Part shown: positions 38,998 through 49,758 of the stretch, in pieces | Layout of the letters: each line of letters begins with the position of its first letter | Numbering within the stretch: position 1 is the first letter of the stretch | NCBI GenBank assembly: GCA_963804995.1 | Contig: CAWDSK010000006.1 | Location: 1,152,001-1,216,000, forward strand | Direction of reading: 5' to 3' | Source: an uncultured Acidobacteriota bacterium | Lineage (GTDB): Bacteria; Acidobacteriota; Terriglobia; UBA7540 | Length of the DNA: 64,000 bases | The notes under the pieces: model-generated | Seen by the model: the letters and a program-made list of their open reading frames with translations, nothing else | What the model was told of the DNA's origin: nothing | The model's database searches: none | Position numbers and translations under genes: made by a program

Positions 38998-39491
38998 CGG
39001 GTGGCGCCCCGATGCATCGGGGCGGCCCTTAAAGGTAGTAAGATGCCCTCGTTGTGATCGCCTCCATGCCAAAAGGCGGCACGCAGGCGCCACCCGCGCG
39101 TTTGGAGTGCGGCGACTCGTCGCCGCTTTCTGACGCCGCGACTAGTCGCGGCGTAACACCTGCCGCTGACAAGTCAGCGGTCAGAAAAAGCGGGAGCGAG
39201 CTCCCGCGCTCCAAAAATTGGGCGGGCGCCTCGACGAGTCGGGGCGATTTAGTTAAGCCAGCCGGTCCATGGTCAAGACGGACGAAGCGTTGCGGTCATC
39301 GCATCGGACGCCGTCCCGGGCCGAGCTCGTAATGGCGTCTCTAGGTCAGGACCATCGGGGGCAGGGTCAGACACGTGAAGCGCAGAGCTGAGCTCGCTCT
39401 GCGGCAGCCGGCCAAGCTTACTCCTCTTGAATCCGCTGGCAGGTGGCATTAGACTCTTGGCTCAAATCTGGTCAACTCCAGGAGTTACCCC

Positions 39492-40168
39492 TTGTCTGTG
39501 TCCATTGCCACGTTTCACTCTGAAGTAGAAAAGCTCATCCGAAAGTTTCAAGCCGACCACCAGTACTATTCCTCCAAGGACTATGTTGAGGCCCAGGCGC
39601 GCATGGACCTCATCACTCCGTTTTTCAAGGCGTTGGGATGGGATGTCGAGAACGAGGCTGGCCTGGTGCACCACGACCGGGAAGTACTGGTGGAAAAGGG
39701 CGACATGGAGGCCACCGGGCGACCCGACTATAACTTCCGTATCGGCGGGCAGACCAAGTTTTACGTGGAAGCCAAGTCGCCTTCCGAGCCGCTCGACACG
39801 CCGCGCCACATTTTGCAAGCCAAGGGTTATGTTTGGAACACCAAGAGCGTTTACTTCGTCATCCTCACGAACTTCGAGGAATTCCGTTTCTACGACGCCT
39901 CCGCCCAGCCCGACCCCAAGCGTCCTGACGAGGGCCTGCTGCTCAGCCTCCGCTATTCCGATTACCCAGTGAATGCGGAAAAGCTCTGGGAATTCTCACG
40001 CGAGCGTGTGGCGGCGGGTTCGCTGGAAGCATTGCTCCCCAAGATCCGCCGAGCGCCACGGCTGCGAAAGCAGGTTGATGACGTTTTCCTGGACGAGATG
40101 ACGGGCTGGCGGGAAGACCTCGCCAAGAACATTCACAAGAACAATCCCGAACTCACCGCCCGGCAGCT
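39492..40168 (+). pseudogene. N-terminal endonuclease fragment of a type IIG/HsdR-N-like restriction-modification protein
   Basis: ITPFFKALGWD, GRPDY, YVEAK, QAKGY, ILTNFEEF PD-(D/E)xK motifs; no methylase domain; the frame runs into the antisense BON gene. Confidence 0.75.
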
Positions 40169-40822
40169 TCAGTCTTCTATTTTGAGGAGATTCCTGATTT
40201 CGCGCACACCCGGCGCGGCCCAGGCAGCCCGCTCGGCGTCCTGATACTCCACCCAAGTGCGAACGGTCCCAGTCAGGATGACCTTACCACCTTCGGCCTT
40301 CACCGTGATCCTCCTCGCGTCAACAATCGCGCTGCGTTGGAAAGCTGCTTGGATCTTTTCCTTGACTTGGGTTGGCTCCACCTTCGGTTTGAGGACGATC
40401 TGGTTGTTGACATCCGTGACCCCCGCTAAGTGGAGCACGACTTGGAGTGCGATCTCCCTCTCGAATTGCTTCTCAACCTCGCCTTCCAGAGTGATCCGCC
40501 CTTTTTCTACGGTCACCTTAATGCAGTCTTGCGGCACGTGGGCATGCCATTTGAGTGCGTTCTCTGCCGCCCGGGCAAGATCCGCGTCGGTTAGCTCGCG
40601 GAAGCGAGCAGGTTCAACTCTTATCTCATCGGCCAACGCCTTGACGCCAGACACTCGCTTGGCGGCCCCGTCGGCCGCCCACTTCTCCGCGAAGGATTCA
40701 ACACGACCGGCGAGCGTCACCATGCCGTCCTTCACTTCCACCCGAATCTGCGCGGCATTGACCGCTGGGTCCCACTTGAGTTCGTCCAAAACATCTCTTT
40801 GCAATTGGATGTCACTCTTCAT
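40169..40822 (-). CDS. BON-domain protein (three BON repeats, OsmY-like)
   Basis: Three D..L...V...L / V..G.VTL.G.V / GV..V.N repeats. Confidence 0.93.
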   Translation of the reverse strand: MKSDIQLQRDVLDELKWDPAVNAAQIRVEVKDGMVTLAGRVESFAEKWAADGAAKRVSGVKALADEIRVEPARFRELTDADLARAAENALKWHAHVPQDCIKVTVEKGRITLEGEVEKQFEREIALQVVLHLAGVTDVNNQIVLKPKVEPTQVKEKIQAAFQRSAIVDARRITVKAEGGKVILTGTVRTWVEYQDAERAAWAAPGVREIRNLLKIED

Positions 40823-40878
40823 AGGGCCGCTCCTTTCGCTATGCCCATCCTGTTCGATCAGTTAAATTCCCCCGCAGG

Positions 40879-41112
40879 TCACGATGCGCTTTTTGTTGAT
40901 CGTGTCCGGTCCTGCCGTGGCAGATCGAGTTTATCCGGTGCTTCCAACCGGAACGGAACCAGTCCGGCTTGCACTTCCGCTTGTGCAATCCGGGTGGCGC
41001 GCTTCGATGGTGTTTGGATTAACGGCCTAGCGCCTTTTTGCAACTGTCGTGCGCGCGCGGCCACGACCAGAACGAAACGGAACTTGCTGTCAATTCCCTG
41101 CGGAAAATCCAT
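40879..41112 (-). CDS. rpoZ: RNA polymerase omega subunit
   Basis: DSKFRFVLVVAARARQLQKGARP...IAQAEV..G; GGAGG RBS. Confidence 0.88.
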   Translation of the reverse strand: MDFPQGIDSKFRFVLVVAARARQLQKGARPLIQTPSKRATRIAQAEVQAGLVPFRLEAPDKLDLPRQDRTRSTKSAS

Positions 41113-41294
41113 CCAGCTTAGCCTCCAAACTGGAATTCCATTTTCGCCTTCCAGCGGCTCCGATTATACATCCACTTGTCTCCCCTTGAACGATGCGTTG
41201 GGAACGAAAAACGCCTTTTCCGGCGAGGTTGCCGTCGCATATCACCTCGGAGCATAGTGTGGGAAACCTGTCGATGTCCTTAGGCTGGCTGGCG

Positions 41295-43207
41295 GTTGCG
41301 GTAGGGATACCGGTTACCCGGTACCCCCCGCACGGATCCGTACGTGCGCTGGTTAGCGCATACGGCTCTTATCTCGGATGTGTGGCGGCGAACCGTTGGG
41401 ATGGCCAAGGATGCACAACGTGCGGAGCAGGCAACCAGCAGGCCGCAAGCTTCCCCAGTCGGTCCCAGTTGAGGCGGTGGCGTTGACTGCGTTGACGCAG
41501 TTGTGTTCGCCACAGTCGGGTCAACCGTTCCCGAAAGATTCGCAGGCGGTCGAGGTTTCCCGGTACCGCGTGATAGTTGAAGTAGCCTTGCACGACCGAC
41601 CGGAGCCATTTACCCGTATCCGCGATGGGATCGTGCCGACGCTGCCGGAGTTGTTGCTTGAGTTCCTGCAACTTCCCCCGCAGGCGCTTGCTGATCGTCT
41701 TCCGCTTCACGGTAAATTGCCCCCTCCGGTTCTTCCCGCTGATATGCGTGAAGCCCAGAAAGTCGAACGTCTCCGGCTTACCTTCTCCTCTCCGTTTCCG
41801 GTAAAGTTCGGCAAACGGCCCGAACTCGATCCGGCGCGTTTTGTCAGGATGCAGTTCCAATCCAAACTTCCCCACCCGCTCCCGGAAATCCTCCAGAAAG
41901 CGGTCGGCTTCCGTCTGCGATTGGAATCCAAGGACCGTATCGTCGGCATACCGCACCACGACCACGTCTCCCCGGGCGTGCTTCTTGCGCCACGCCTGCA
42001 CCCACAGGTCAAAGACGTAGTGCAGATAGATATTCGCCAGCAGGGGCGAGACCACCGCCCCTTGTGGCGTACCCATCTCCGTCTCCGACCATTCGCCTTC
42101 CTCCCTCACCCCGGCTTTCAGCCATTTCTGGATGAGCCGGAGAATCCGGGGGTCGGCGACGCGATGCTGCACGAACTTGAGCATCCATTCGTGGGATATC
42201 GAATCGAAAAATCCACGAATGTCCGCGTCAAGAACGTAGTTCACGTGCTTCACCGTGAGCGCGTACGAGAGCGCGTCCAGCGCTTGATGCTGGCTGCATC
42301 CCGGTCGAAAGCCATACGAGAAGCCCAGAAAGTCTTCCTCGTAAATCGCCTTGAGGATGGTGACCACGGCCTGTTGGACGATCTTGTCCTCCAGTGCCGC
42401 AACCCCCAACGGACGTTGCCGCCCGTCGCCTTTCGGGATATACGCCCTTCGCGAGGGCTTCGCTCGGAATGCTCCGCGGTGGACCCGGCTGTGCAGATCG
42501 ACGAGTCGACCTTCCAGCCCGCTTTCATACTCCTGCCACGTCATGCCGTCTACTCCCGGTGCAGCTTTTCGCTTCAAGGCGTAAAAGCTTTCCCGCAGCA
42601 GATCGACCGTTAAGTGGTGGAGCAAGGCCGTGAACTTCATCTCCCTGTGTTCCTTCGCGGCTTTCCGCACACCCGCGAGTCCCTGGGACACGCGTGCCCC
42701 GCTCTGTGTCGGGTGCGTGTTAGGCCAACGGGTGTTCTCCTTGATCAGCGGCCTTCCCTCCTCATTCTCCGCCAACGGCTTCCCGTCTTTGTTCAAATGA
42801 TTCATCGGTACTGTTCCGCTGTCCGACTCCTCGAAAGCGTGCAGGCGGGCTGTACGGCCATCGCCTTTTCCCGCCGTCCGGCCACGATCTACGGCGGCCG
42901 GCGCCTCCGAGGTCTCCCGGTTCTCGTGCAGAAAGTGTCTAGGCGTGTCTGGGGTCTACGACTACGCAGGACTGTGCCGGAACTCGCGTTGGCGTCCCGG
43001 CCTCATGTTGCCTTCCGTTTAGTCTGAAAACGTCGGCGTCCTGATTGGACATTTTCGAAGCTCAATACCCAGCCCACCTATTCCCCTGTTTACGCTTCAC
43101 CGTGCGCCTCACGACGCCCAGCGCAAAACTCGGGGCCGAGTGGATCGCTGCTCCTTCCTCGTGAGAAATTTTCATTCTCTGCTTTCTGCCGGTTTATCCC
43201 GGCGCAC
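41295..43207 (-). mobile_element. Group II intron, copy 2 (1913 nt, intact)
   Basis: GTGCG 5' end at 43207; domains V/VI and AAC 3' end at 41295. Confidence 0.96.
41369..42805 (-). CDS. ltrA: Group II intron reverse transcriptase/maturase with no endonuclease domain
   Basis: APGVDG, IPK.DG..RPLG, SYGFRPG, GTPQG, RYADD, FDFLGF; domain X GYFNYH; ends without HNH. Confidence 0.97.
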   Translation of the reverse strand: MNHLNKDGKPLAENEEGRPLIKENTRWPNTHPTQSGARVSQGLAGVRKAAKEHREMKFTALLHHLTVDLLRESFYALKRKAAPGVDGMTWQEYESGLEGRLVDLHSRVHRGAFRAKPSRRAYIPKGDGRQRPLGVAALEDKIVQQAVVTILKAIYEEDFLGFSYGFRPGCSQHQALDALSYALTVKHVNYVLDADIRGFFDSISHEWMLKFVQHRVADPRILRLIQKWLKAGVREEGEWSETEMGTPQGAVVSPLLANIYLHYVFDLWVQAWRKKHARGDVVVVRYADDTVLGFQSQTEADRFLEDFRERVGKFGLELHPDKTRRIEFGPFAELYRKRRGEGKPETFDFLGFTHISGKNRRGQFTVKRKTISKRLRGKLQELKQQLRQRRHDPIADTGKWLRSVVQGYFNYHAVPGNLDRLRIFRERLTRLWRTQLRQRSQRHRLNWDRLGKLAACWLPAPHVVHPWPSQRFAATHPR

Positions 43208-43511
43208 CAGACCCCTGATCTTGGGGGTCTGCGCCAGCCAAGCGGGATCGGCCGTTCGTGCAAAGGAGCGACAATCAGCATCCTTTCGCTCTGCCTCGAT
43301 TGTGCTTCCTCCTCCCCCGAGGCAGAAAAATCGGCCAAGCGCGCGATGGCCACCGAGTTGCTGTAATTTGTGCCGTGAGCGTAAAGTACCTCCATCGGCA
43401 TCCTGCCGCGCAAACACCTTCTAACAATACGCATAATATTGATTGGAAAGACTTTGTTCGGGGGCACAGTAAGAAGTCTACCCTTCCAAGATGCCGAGGG
43501 GATCGACCAAG

Positions 43512-44102
43512 ATGGAACATCTAAGCAATCGCGTCCTTTTAGTAGACGACGATCCCCTTATCCGCAATGTCGTCTCACGATTCTTGGTGGCTGCGGGGTA
43601 TGTTGTTCGGGTGGCGATTGACGGTCTGGATGCGATAAAAAAACTCCGCGCGGGACCTCCTGTCTTGATTATTTCCGATCTCAATATGCCCCGTATGTCA
43701 GGGATTGAGCTTCTTAACGTAGTTCGCAAACGCTTACCTCAAATACCGGTCATTGTTATCAGTGCAGTTGCGGCCGATAAAATGCCAGAAGGAGTGGCTG
43801 CCGACGCTTACTGCCATAAGAATGAATTCCTATCTGAGCAGCTCCTGCAAACCATATCGGACCTGACAAGCAAACCTCCTCTACGAAGTATTCCCCCGCA
43901 CGTTGACAACAATCCCTTCCAGGCAATATGGGGGAGTGACGGACACTACATCATCTGTTGCGAAGATTGCTTGCGTGTATTCAGTGTCCTCCCCACCATT
44001 ACCATGGGGCGAGGTGAAAAGTGGACCCTCTGCGTGCACTGTGAGAAAGTCGTTCGCTTCCTCGACGCGCAGGGAGAGCCGCAGGGCTCTACACGGACGT
44101 AG
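43512..44102 (+). CDS. Response-regulator receiver protein with C-terminal zinc-ribbon motif
   Basis: LLVDDD, IISDLNMP.MSG, VIVIS, K; C-terminal CEDC...CVHC. Confidence 0.88.
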   Translation: MEHLSNRVLLVDDDPLIRNVVSRFLVAAGYVVRVAIDGLDAIKKLRAGPPVLIISDLNMPRMSGIELLNVVRKRLPQIPVIVISAVAADKMPEGVAADAYCHKNEFLSEQLLQTISDLTSKPPLRSIPPHVDNNPFQAIWGSDGHYIICCEDCLRVFSVLPTITMGRGEKWTLCVHCEKVVRFLDAQGEPQGSTRT

Positions 44103-44576
44103 TTTCAAGTGGTCACAGCTTGCTTCTGAGGGGTCACGCGTCACTGCTTTTGTGAGCGGATGGCGTGATGCTTCCCGGCCTCCGATCAGGTCACCTCAAA
44201 GTTCTGTGCTACAGTTGGCGAGCAGAGTCTCGTGGGTGGCGCATACGTGCCGCATTTTGGCATGTATGCGGTCACAACCTTCTTGCATAGAGAGCATGGA
44301 GTCACCGTTCAGAAAATAACATCTCCAACTGGACCACGGCCAGTCGCCTAAAGGCCGCATACATCCCCACCAAGGGCACCGGGACGTATCCGCCACCCGC
44401 GAAACCTGGCCGCAAGGCCATGGCGGGTTAGTCGAGTCCGGATATTCTTCACTGCCAGGTCTGCTTGTCCGATGGCAACTCCATCGAGGGGGAACTCTAG
44501 TAGCCTTTTCAAAACCCCGAATTCGACTCGCTAACCCATGATTCCAAAACGCCCAAAATGGGTTTTGAAACCAGCG

Positions 44577-45290
44577 CTAATCATGAAGGACTATGTTGAG
44601 GAGTGAACTGTGAACCAGCATGCCGCCGTTGTAGCCGCTGTAATCGATGAACCCGAGCTTGCGGAACTTGTTCATGAAGTGGCTGACCCGCGACCGGGTT
44701 GTTCCGATCATTCCCGACAGTGTTTCTTGACTGATCTTTGGAATCACCGGCTCCAGCTTGCCTTCCTTGCCAAAGTGCACAAGCAAAAGCAGAATCCGAG
44801 CCAACCGCTTCTCACTCGAATTGAACAGTTGATCGACCAGGTCCTCTTCAATTCGAATATTGCGGGAGAGCAGGTGGGCCGTGAAGAACTCCGAGTATTT
44901 TGGGTCGGTGTGCAGCAGCCGCACCATGGCCTTTTTGCGGATGCGCAGAACGGTCGTGGCTTCGTCCGCCGTGGCCGTCGAGATGCGCAGGGGTTGCCCG
45001 GCCAAGCAGCCTTCACCGAAGAACTCATCAGCACCGAGAAGCGCCACGATAGCTTCCTTCCCCTGCTTGGAAACCACGGCCAGCTTTACTCGGCCATTCT
45101 GAACGTAGAACACCGCATCCGCCGGATCGCCTTGCGAAAAGATCACTTGCTTACGCCGGTAGGACGAGACACTTTTCCCCTCGCTCACTCTCGTGAGCAA
45201 GGTCTTTGGGCCAATACGTAAGATCCGTTTCGGTGCTCTGGCCGCGATCCTGAGGTTAGCGGACATTCCCATTATCGTCGTTCCGCCCAA
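44577..45290 (-). CDS. Crp/Fnr-family transcriptional regulator
   Basis: IFSQGDPADAVFY, FFGEGCL, EKRLARILL; HTH SQETL..MIGTTRSRVS. Confidence 0.95.
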   Translation of the reverse strand: MGGTTIMGMSANLRIAARAPKRILRIGPKTLLTRVSEGKSVSSYRRKQVIFSQGDPADAVFYVQNGRVKLAVVSKQGKEAIVALLGADEFFGEGCLAGQPLRISTATADEATTVLRIRKKAMVRLLHTDPKYSEFFTAHLLSRNIRIEEDLVDQLFNSSEKRLARILLLLVHFGKEGKLEPVIPKISQETLSGMIGTTRSRVSHFMNKFRKLGFIDYSGYNGGMLVHSSLLNIVLHD

Positions 45291-45588
45291 CCAACAATAT
45301 ACACCTGACCGCCACTGGGTGCAATCGTGCGGGCGGGTTGGCGGGTTGGCTCCATCCCCCCCGCGCCGCTGTCAGCTCTTCGTTCGTTAGGCGCGGCCTC
45401 CCGTTTTGGGGTTCTTCCTTTGGAAAACCCGCAAATCTCCAAAACGGCGTCTGCACCAGACTTGTTTCTTCGCAACGGAACATTCGCTCAAATTGCACAG
45501 GAAGAACCGCGGACCTTAACGACGGAGGTCCGCGCTACGTTTGCTGCCACCTCGACCACGTCGCTCGGGGGCGGCTAGTCGTCCGAGA

Positions 45589-46023
45589 TCACTTAAAAGA
45601 ATCCGTCCGGGCTGGGTCATGGTCAGTCAAGTAACAGCCCTTAAAATCTTTTGTGATGAAGCTATCATCAGAGAACTTGAGAGTAACTTTGTAGTCGAAC
45701 GACCATTTGTTCCTTCTTTGCGGGTGGAGAGTCAGCGTGATGGTGCCGTTCGCGACTTCTCCTTTCGTTGGGTTGCCCTCCACCAGTAACGTGACGGTGT
45801 GGGTAGAATTCTTGTTCCAACGGCCTTCATTGCCTTCGGCCTTGGCGATTTCATGCCCGTCACTGGTCTTGACATAAACATCCAGTTTGGTTTGTTGATC
45901 CTTATTGTCGGTGGTCGTGTTAAACTTCACATCCGCGGAAGTGAGGGTTGGCTCCTGGGCGAACGCGGCTGACGTGAACACTGCCAAAGCGGCGAGCGCT
46001 AGGCAGGACATGATTTTTTTCAT
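45589..46023 (-). CDS. Secreted hypothetical protein (beta-rich)
   Basis: AAGGAG RBS; signal peptide ending AFA. Confidence 0.8.
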   Translation of the reverse strand: MKKIMSCLALAALAVFTSAAFAQEPTLTSADVKFNTTTDNKDQQTKLDVYVKTSDGHEIAKAEGNEGRWNKNSTHTVTLLVEGNPTKGEVANGTITLTLHPQRRNKWSFDYKVTLKFSDDSFITKDFKGCYLTDHDPARTDSFK

Positions 46024-46500
46024 CTGAAATCTCCTTTTCTGATCTCAAGCTGGCTAACCGGTAATGAATCATCCCTCTTATACGGTCAAGCTAACGCGTT
46101 GTCTATGCCGTTCGGAACACTTGTTTGGTCAATAGTGCTCATCTCAGGTGAACCGCATCGGTGAGCGCCGGCGGGCGCGAAAAGCAGGTAGCGCATCAGA
46201 GTGTGGTCCTTTCACACTCTGCGGCTCTTATTTTGATAAACATGCGCGGTAGTAGTAATACGGTGTGATGACATGTGACGTGGTAACCCGATTTCTCAGG
46301 GGGTCGTAAGCGGTGATCGGCAGTCGCACGCAACAAATGAAGAGCCGCTCTTCGTTGTTTAGGCGGGCCGGCGCAGCGCGAGCGCAGCCCTGCGATTTGG
46401 TGTGGATTAAGCAGATAGCGCAGGACGGCAGAGCCCCCTATCGTAGGGGCACCCCTCGTAGGTGCTCTGAAGTGCCGAGGTAACCTCGCGGTTGCATTTC

Positions 46501-47281
46501 GTAGCGGCGGGTTTACCCCGCCATTTTCGGGCGGGTTTGCCCCGCCACATGGCAAGGTCACCTCGCGGTCCCTTTCGTAGCGGCGGGTTTACCCCGCCAT
46601 TTTCCAGGCGGCTTTGCGCCGCCATATGGCGGGGTAAACCCGCCGCTACGTCGGAGTGCTGAGGTGAACTCGCGGGTACGGTGATACAATCGCGCCATGC
46701 CGGCCTCATACTTTGTCCGCAGGCGGAATCGCCTACCGCGGTCTTGCTACCTGGGCCACCAGTGGTACTTCATCACAGCGTGGACAGGATTGGGCCAGAC
46801 GCACTTTTCGAGTGGCGAACTGGAGAGATTATTGCTGGACCTCTTACGAGCACAGTGCTCTTCCTGCTCCTTCAATGTCTACGCCTATTGCTTCATGCCT
46901 AACCATGTGCACCTCGAACTCGTTGGCCTTTCCGACCAATCGGATGCGATCTTACTCCTCCACGATTTCAAGGGAAACGCGACATCACACGCCCGCACCC
47001 TGGGCATTCGAAACCTCTGGGAGAAGGGTTTCTACGACCACATTATGAGAGACGACGACAGGCCCAACGCGGTGGCGTGGTACATTTTCAACAATCCGGT
47101 TAGAAAAGGTTTCGTGAAGGACCCGCGCGATTGGCCGCATTCAGGCTCGTGGATGTTCGATTGGAAGAAAGCGGTGGGGCCCATTGAACAGTACAACCCA
47201 CCCTGGAAGTAGCGGCGGGTTTACCCCGCCATTTCCGAGGCGGCCTTACGCCGCCACATGGCGAGGTAAACTCGCCGCTAC
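46501..47281. repeat. GTAG REP cluster flanking the RAYT gene
   Basis: 24-mers at 46501, 46577, 46626 (reverse), 47209 and 47258 (reverse variant). Confidence 0.92.
46697..47212 (+). CDS. REP-associated tyrosine transposase (RAYT/TnpA-REP, Y1 HUH)
   Basis: YFIT, YCFMPNHVH (HUH), LW.KGFYDH, WYIFNNPVR (catalytic Tyr); flanked by REPs. Confidence 0.92.
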   Translation: MPASYFVRRRNRLPRSCYLGHQWYFITAWTGLGQTHFSSGELERLLLDLLRAQCSSCSFNVYAYCFMPNHVHLELVGLSDQSDAILLLHDFKGNATSHARTLGIRNLWEKGFYDHIMRDDDRPNAVAWYIFNNPVRKGFVKDPRDWPHSGSWMFDWKKAVGPIEQYNPPWK

Positions 47282-47319
47282 ATCATCAAGCAATCTTTGC
47301 CGGGGAATGAAGGTGAATC

Positions 47320-49428
47320 ATGAACCGATTAGGGGTGAACGTGCTCTGCGGATGGCTGAGCGTTTGTGCGCTCACCATGCCAGTTGCCTGGACACAGGAA
47401 AAGCCCGCGTCGAAGGCCTTTGATCTTATCGCCTGGAACGGCGGGAAATTCGTTTATGGCGCGGACTACTATCCGGAAGCCTGGGACGAAACCCAATGGG
47501 AAAAAGACGCGGTCATGATGCAGGAGGCCGGCATCAACTTCGTTCGCATGGGAGAATTTGCCTGGGTGAAGATGGAGCCCCAGGAGGGCCACTTCAACTT
47601 TGATTGGCTTGACCGGGCCTTGAAAGTCCTGAACGCGCATGGCATCAAGGCTGTACTGGGAACGCCCACCGCCTCTCCGCCTGCCTGGCTGTATGCGAAG
47701 TATCCTGAAATTGCCGCGATGGATCCGAACGGGGTGCGCTATCGATACGGCTCGCGCCGCAATTATTGCCTGCACAATTCTGATTTCCTTGCCGCCACGC
47801 GCCGGATCGTCACTGCCCTCGCGGAGCATTACAAGGATCACCCCGGCGTCATCGGCTGGCAGATTGACAACGAACTGGGTGATCCGAAATGCTTTGATCC
47901 CGCCAGCCGCGCGGCTTTCCAAAAGTGGTGCCAGCGCAAGTATCAAACCTTGGAGGCGCTGAATAAGGCCTGGGGCACGATCTTCTGGGGCCACACTTAT
48001 CAAGCCTGGTCGGAAATTCCCTTGCCCTGGAACACCCTCTTTAACACCCACAATCCCAGCCTGGCGCTGGATTACGACCGCTTCCAGAGCGACTCTTCGC
48101 GCGACTATCTTAACTTTCAGGCCGCCCTCCTGCGCTCGATTGCCCCCCGCCAAGCCGTCACCCACAACGAAATGGGCCTGTTTACAGGGGTTGATTACTA
48201 TGACTTCAATCGCTCGCTTGACTTCGTGGCCTGGGATAACTATCCCAACTTCGAGAAAGAGTACGCGGAGTACGCCGGGCCGGGCCTCGGTCACGACCTG
48301 ATGCGCGGGTCGAAAAACAATCAGAACTTTATGGTCATGGAGCAGCGAGGCGGCCTGCCGGGGTGGGCTGAGTTCTGGGGACGCCAGGCGCCCGGCGCAC
48401 TCTATCGCGTGTGGGCTTATCAATCGGTGGCGCACGGCGCGGATGGCGTCTGCTACTTTCGCTGGCGCACCTCCCGCTACGGGACGGAACAGTATTGGCA
48501 AGGGATTCTGGACCAGGACAGCTACCCCAATTCCCGCTACCGCGCGGTCGAGCAAACGGGAAAGGAATTGGGGCAATTGACAGAGCTGCTCCACGGTTCC
48601 GAGGTTGTCTCACCCGTCGCCATATTGGTTTCCCCGGATTCACGCTGGGCGTTTGAGATTCAGCCACTGGTCGCAGGCTTCGAATACGACCGCGAGCTCC
48701 ATAACTATTACGACGCTTTCCGCCGGGCCGGCGTCAACGTGGACGTGGCCTTCCCCCAAAGCGATCTCACTGCCTATCGCATTGTCGTCGCGCCCTGCCT
48801 GTTCGTCGCGGATCAGGCCCTGGCCGATAAGCTCACGGCCTACGTCAAGAACGGCGGGACCCTCGTCCTCACGTTCCGCTCCGGGGTGAAAGATGAATAC
48901 AACGTGGTGACTAATCGCACGCTCCCGGGAGTTTTCGCGGACCTGGCGGGGGTGGCCATCCATGAGTTCGATCCTCAGCTCAATGAAGAGCAAGAAGTGA
49001 TGGGCCCCGGTGAGTTGAGCTTCCCCTCGCGCGTCTGGTCCGACATCTTGGAGCCCACCACGGCGAAGGGCGTGGCAAACTATGAAAAGGGTTATTACGC
49101 CGGCAAAGCGGCCGTCACGGAAAACAGCGTGGGGAAAGGCTCGGTGTACTACGTGGGCACCGAATCGACCTCTCCCTTGTTCTATGACCGCCTGATGGTC
49201 CGCGCTGCGAAGAAAAGTGCTGTGCCTCTCAACGCTAAACTGCCCCAAGGCGTGGAGGTGGCCGTCCGCCAAAAAGGCGGGAAGAAAATCCTCTTTGTGT
49301 TGAACTACACCAGCCAACCCCAAACCGTGCCGCTTGACCAGGCGTATCACAACGCCCTGACTGGTGGAACTGAACCGATGGATGTGCAGGTACCAGCTTT
49401 CGACGTGAAGGTGCTTACTGGCCCATAG
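47320..49428 (+). CDS. GH42 beta-galactosidase with signal peptide
   Basis: GADYYPE.W, RMGEFAW, LGTPTASPP.W, WQIDNE, WDNYP, YFRWR...GTEQ. Confidence 0.95.
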   Translation: MNRLGVNVLCGWLSVCALTMPVAWTQEKPASKAFDLIAWNGGKFVYGADYYPEAWDETQWEKDAVMMQEAGINFVRMGEFAWVKMEPQEGHFNFDWLDRALKVLNAHGIKAVLGTPTASPPAWLYAKYPEIAAMDPNGVRYRYGSRRNYCLHNSDFLAATRRIVTALAEHYKDHPGVIGWQIDNELGDPKCFDPASRAAFQKWCQRKYQTLEALNKAWGTIFWGHTYQAWSEIPLPWNTLFNTHNPSLALDYDRFQSDSSRDYLNFQAALLRSIAPRQAVTHNEMGLFTGVDYYDFNRSLDFVAWDNYPNFEKEYAEYAGPGLGHDLMRGSKNNQNFMVMEQRGGLPGWAEFWGRQAPGALYRVWAYQSVAHGADGVCYFRWRTSRYGTEQYWQGILDQDSYPNSRYRAVEQTGKELGQLTELLHGSEVVSPVAILVSPDSRWAFEIQPLVAGFEYDRELHNYYDAFRRAGVNVDVAFPQSDLTAYRIVVAPCLFVADQALADKLTAYVKNGGTLVLTFRSGVKDEYNVVTNRTLPGVFADLAGVAIHEFDPQLNEEQEVMGPGELSFPSRVWSDILEPTTAKGVANYEKGYYAGKAAVTENSVGKGSVYYVGTESTSPLFYDRLMVRAAKKSAVPLNAKLPQGVEVAVRQKGGKKILFVLNYTSQPQTVPLDQAYHNALTGGTEPMDVQVPAFDVKVLTGP

Positions 49429-49758
49429 CCGGAGGGGAAAAGAGCCCCCGGGTCCGCGACTTTTTGTCAATGTGGGACTGTCCCATTAGTTGCTCTCCGC
49501 GGGGCGTAGCGAGCGAGGTCCCACTACTTTCCCCAATCTGACGCGTTTTAGTCTATAACTTTGTCATGTGCTGTTTCGTCATGCTGCGCGGGAAATCCGG
49601 CTGAGAATCGCGCCGTCAAATGCAGGTTATGGGCCGGGCCCGAAGTCGATCCTGGAATTCAGGGCCAAGAGGCAAAAGCCATCGGCACCCAGCGCTGTTG
49701 TATTGAACAGCAATTCCGGATCAAGGTAAGATCCGGTGGTTTCAAATGGAGGTCTGTA

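Noticed and set aside
34074..43207. Diversity-generating retroelement (Avd-like gene plus RT)
   Set aside because: The RT is embedded in a full group II intron, the Avd-like gene is ~7 kb away, and no TR/VR pair differing only at adenines was seen.
43427..43452. dif/XerCD site (ATACGCATAAT...)
   Set aside because: Only a XerC-like half is present; no TTATGTTAAAT XerD arm.
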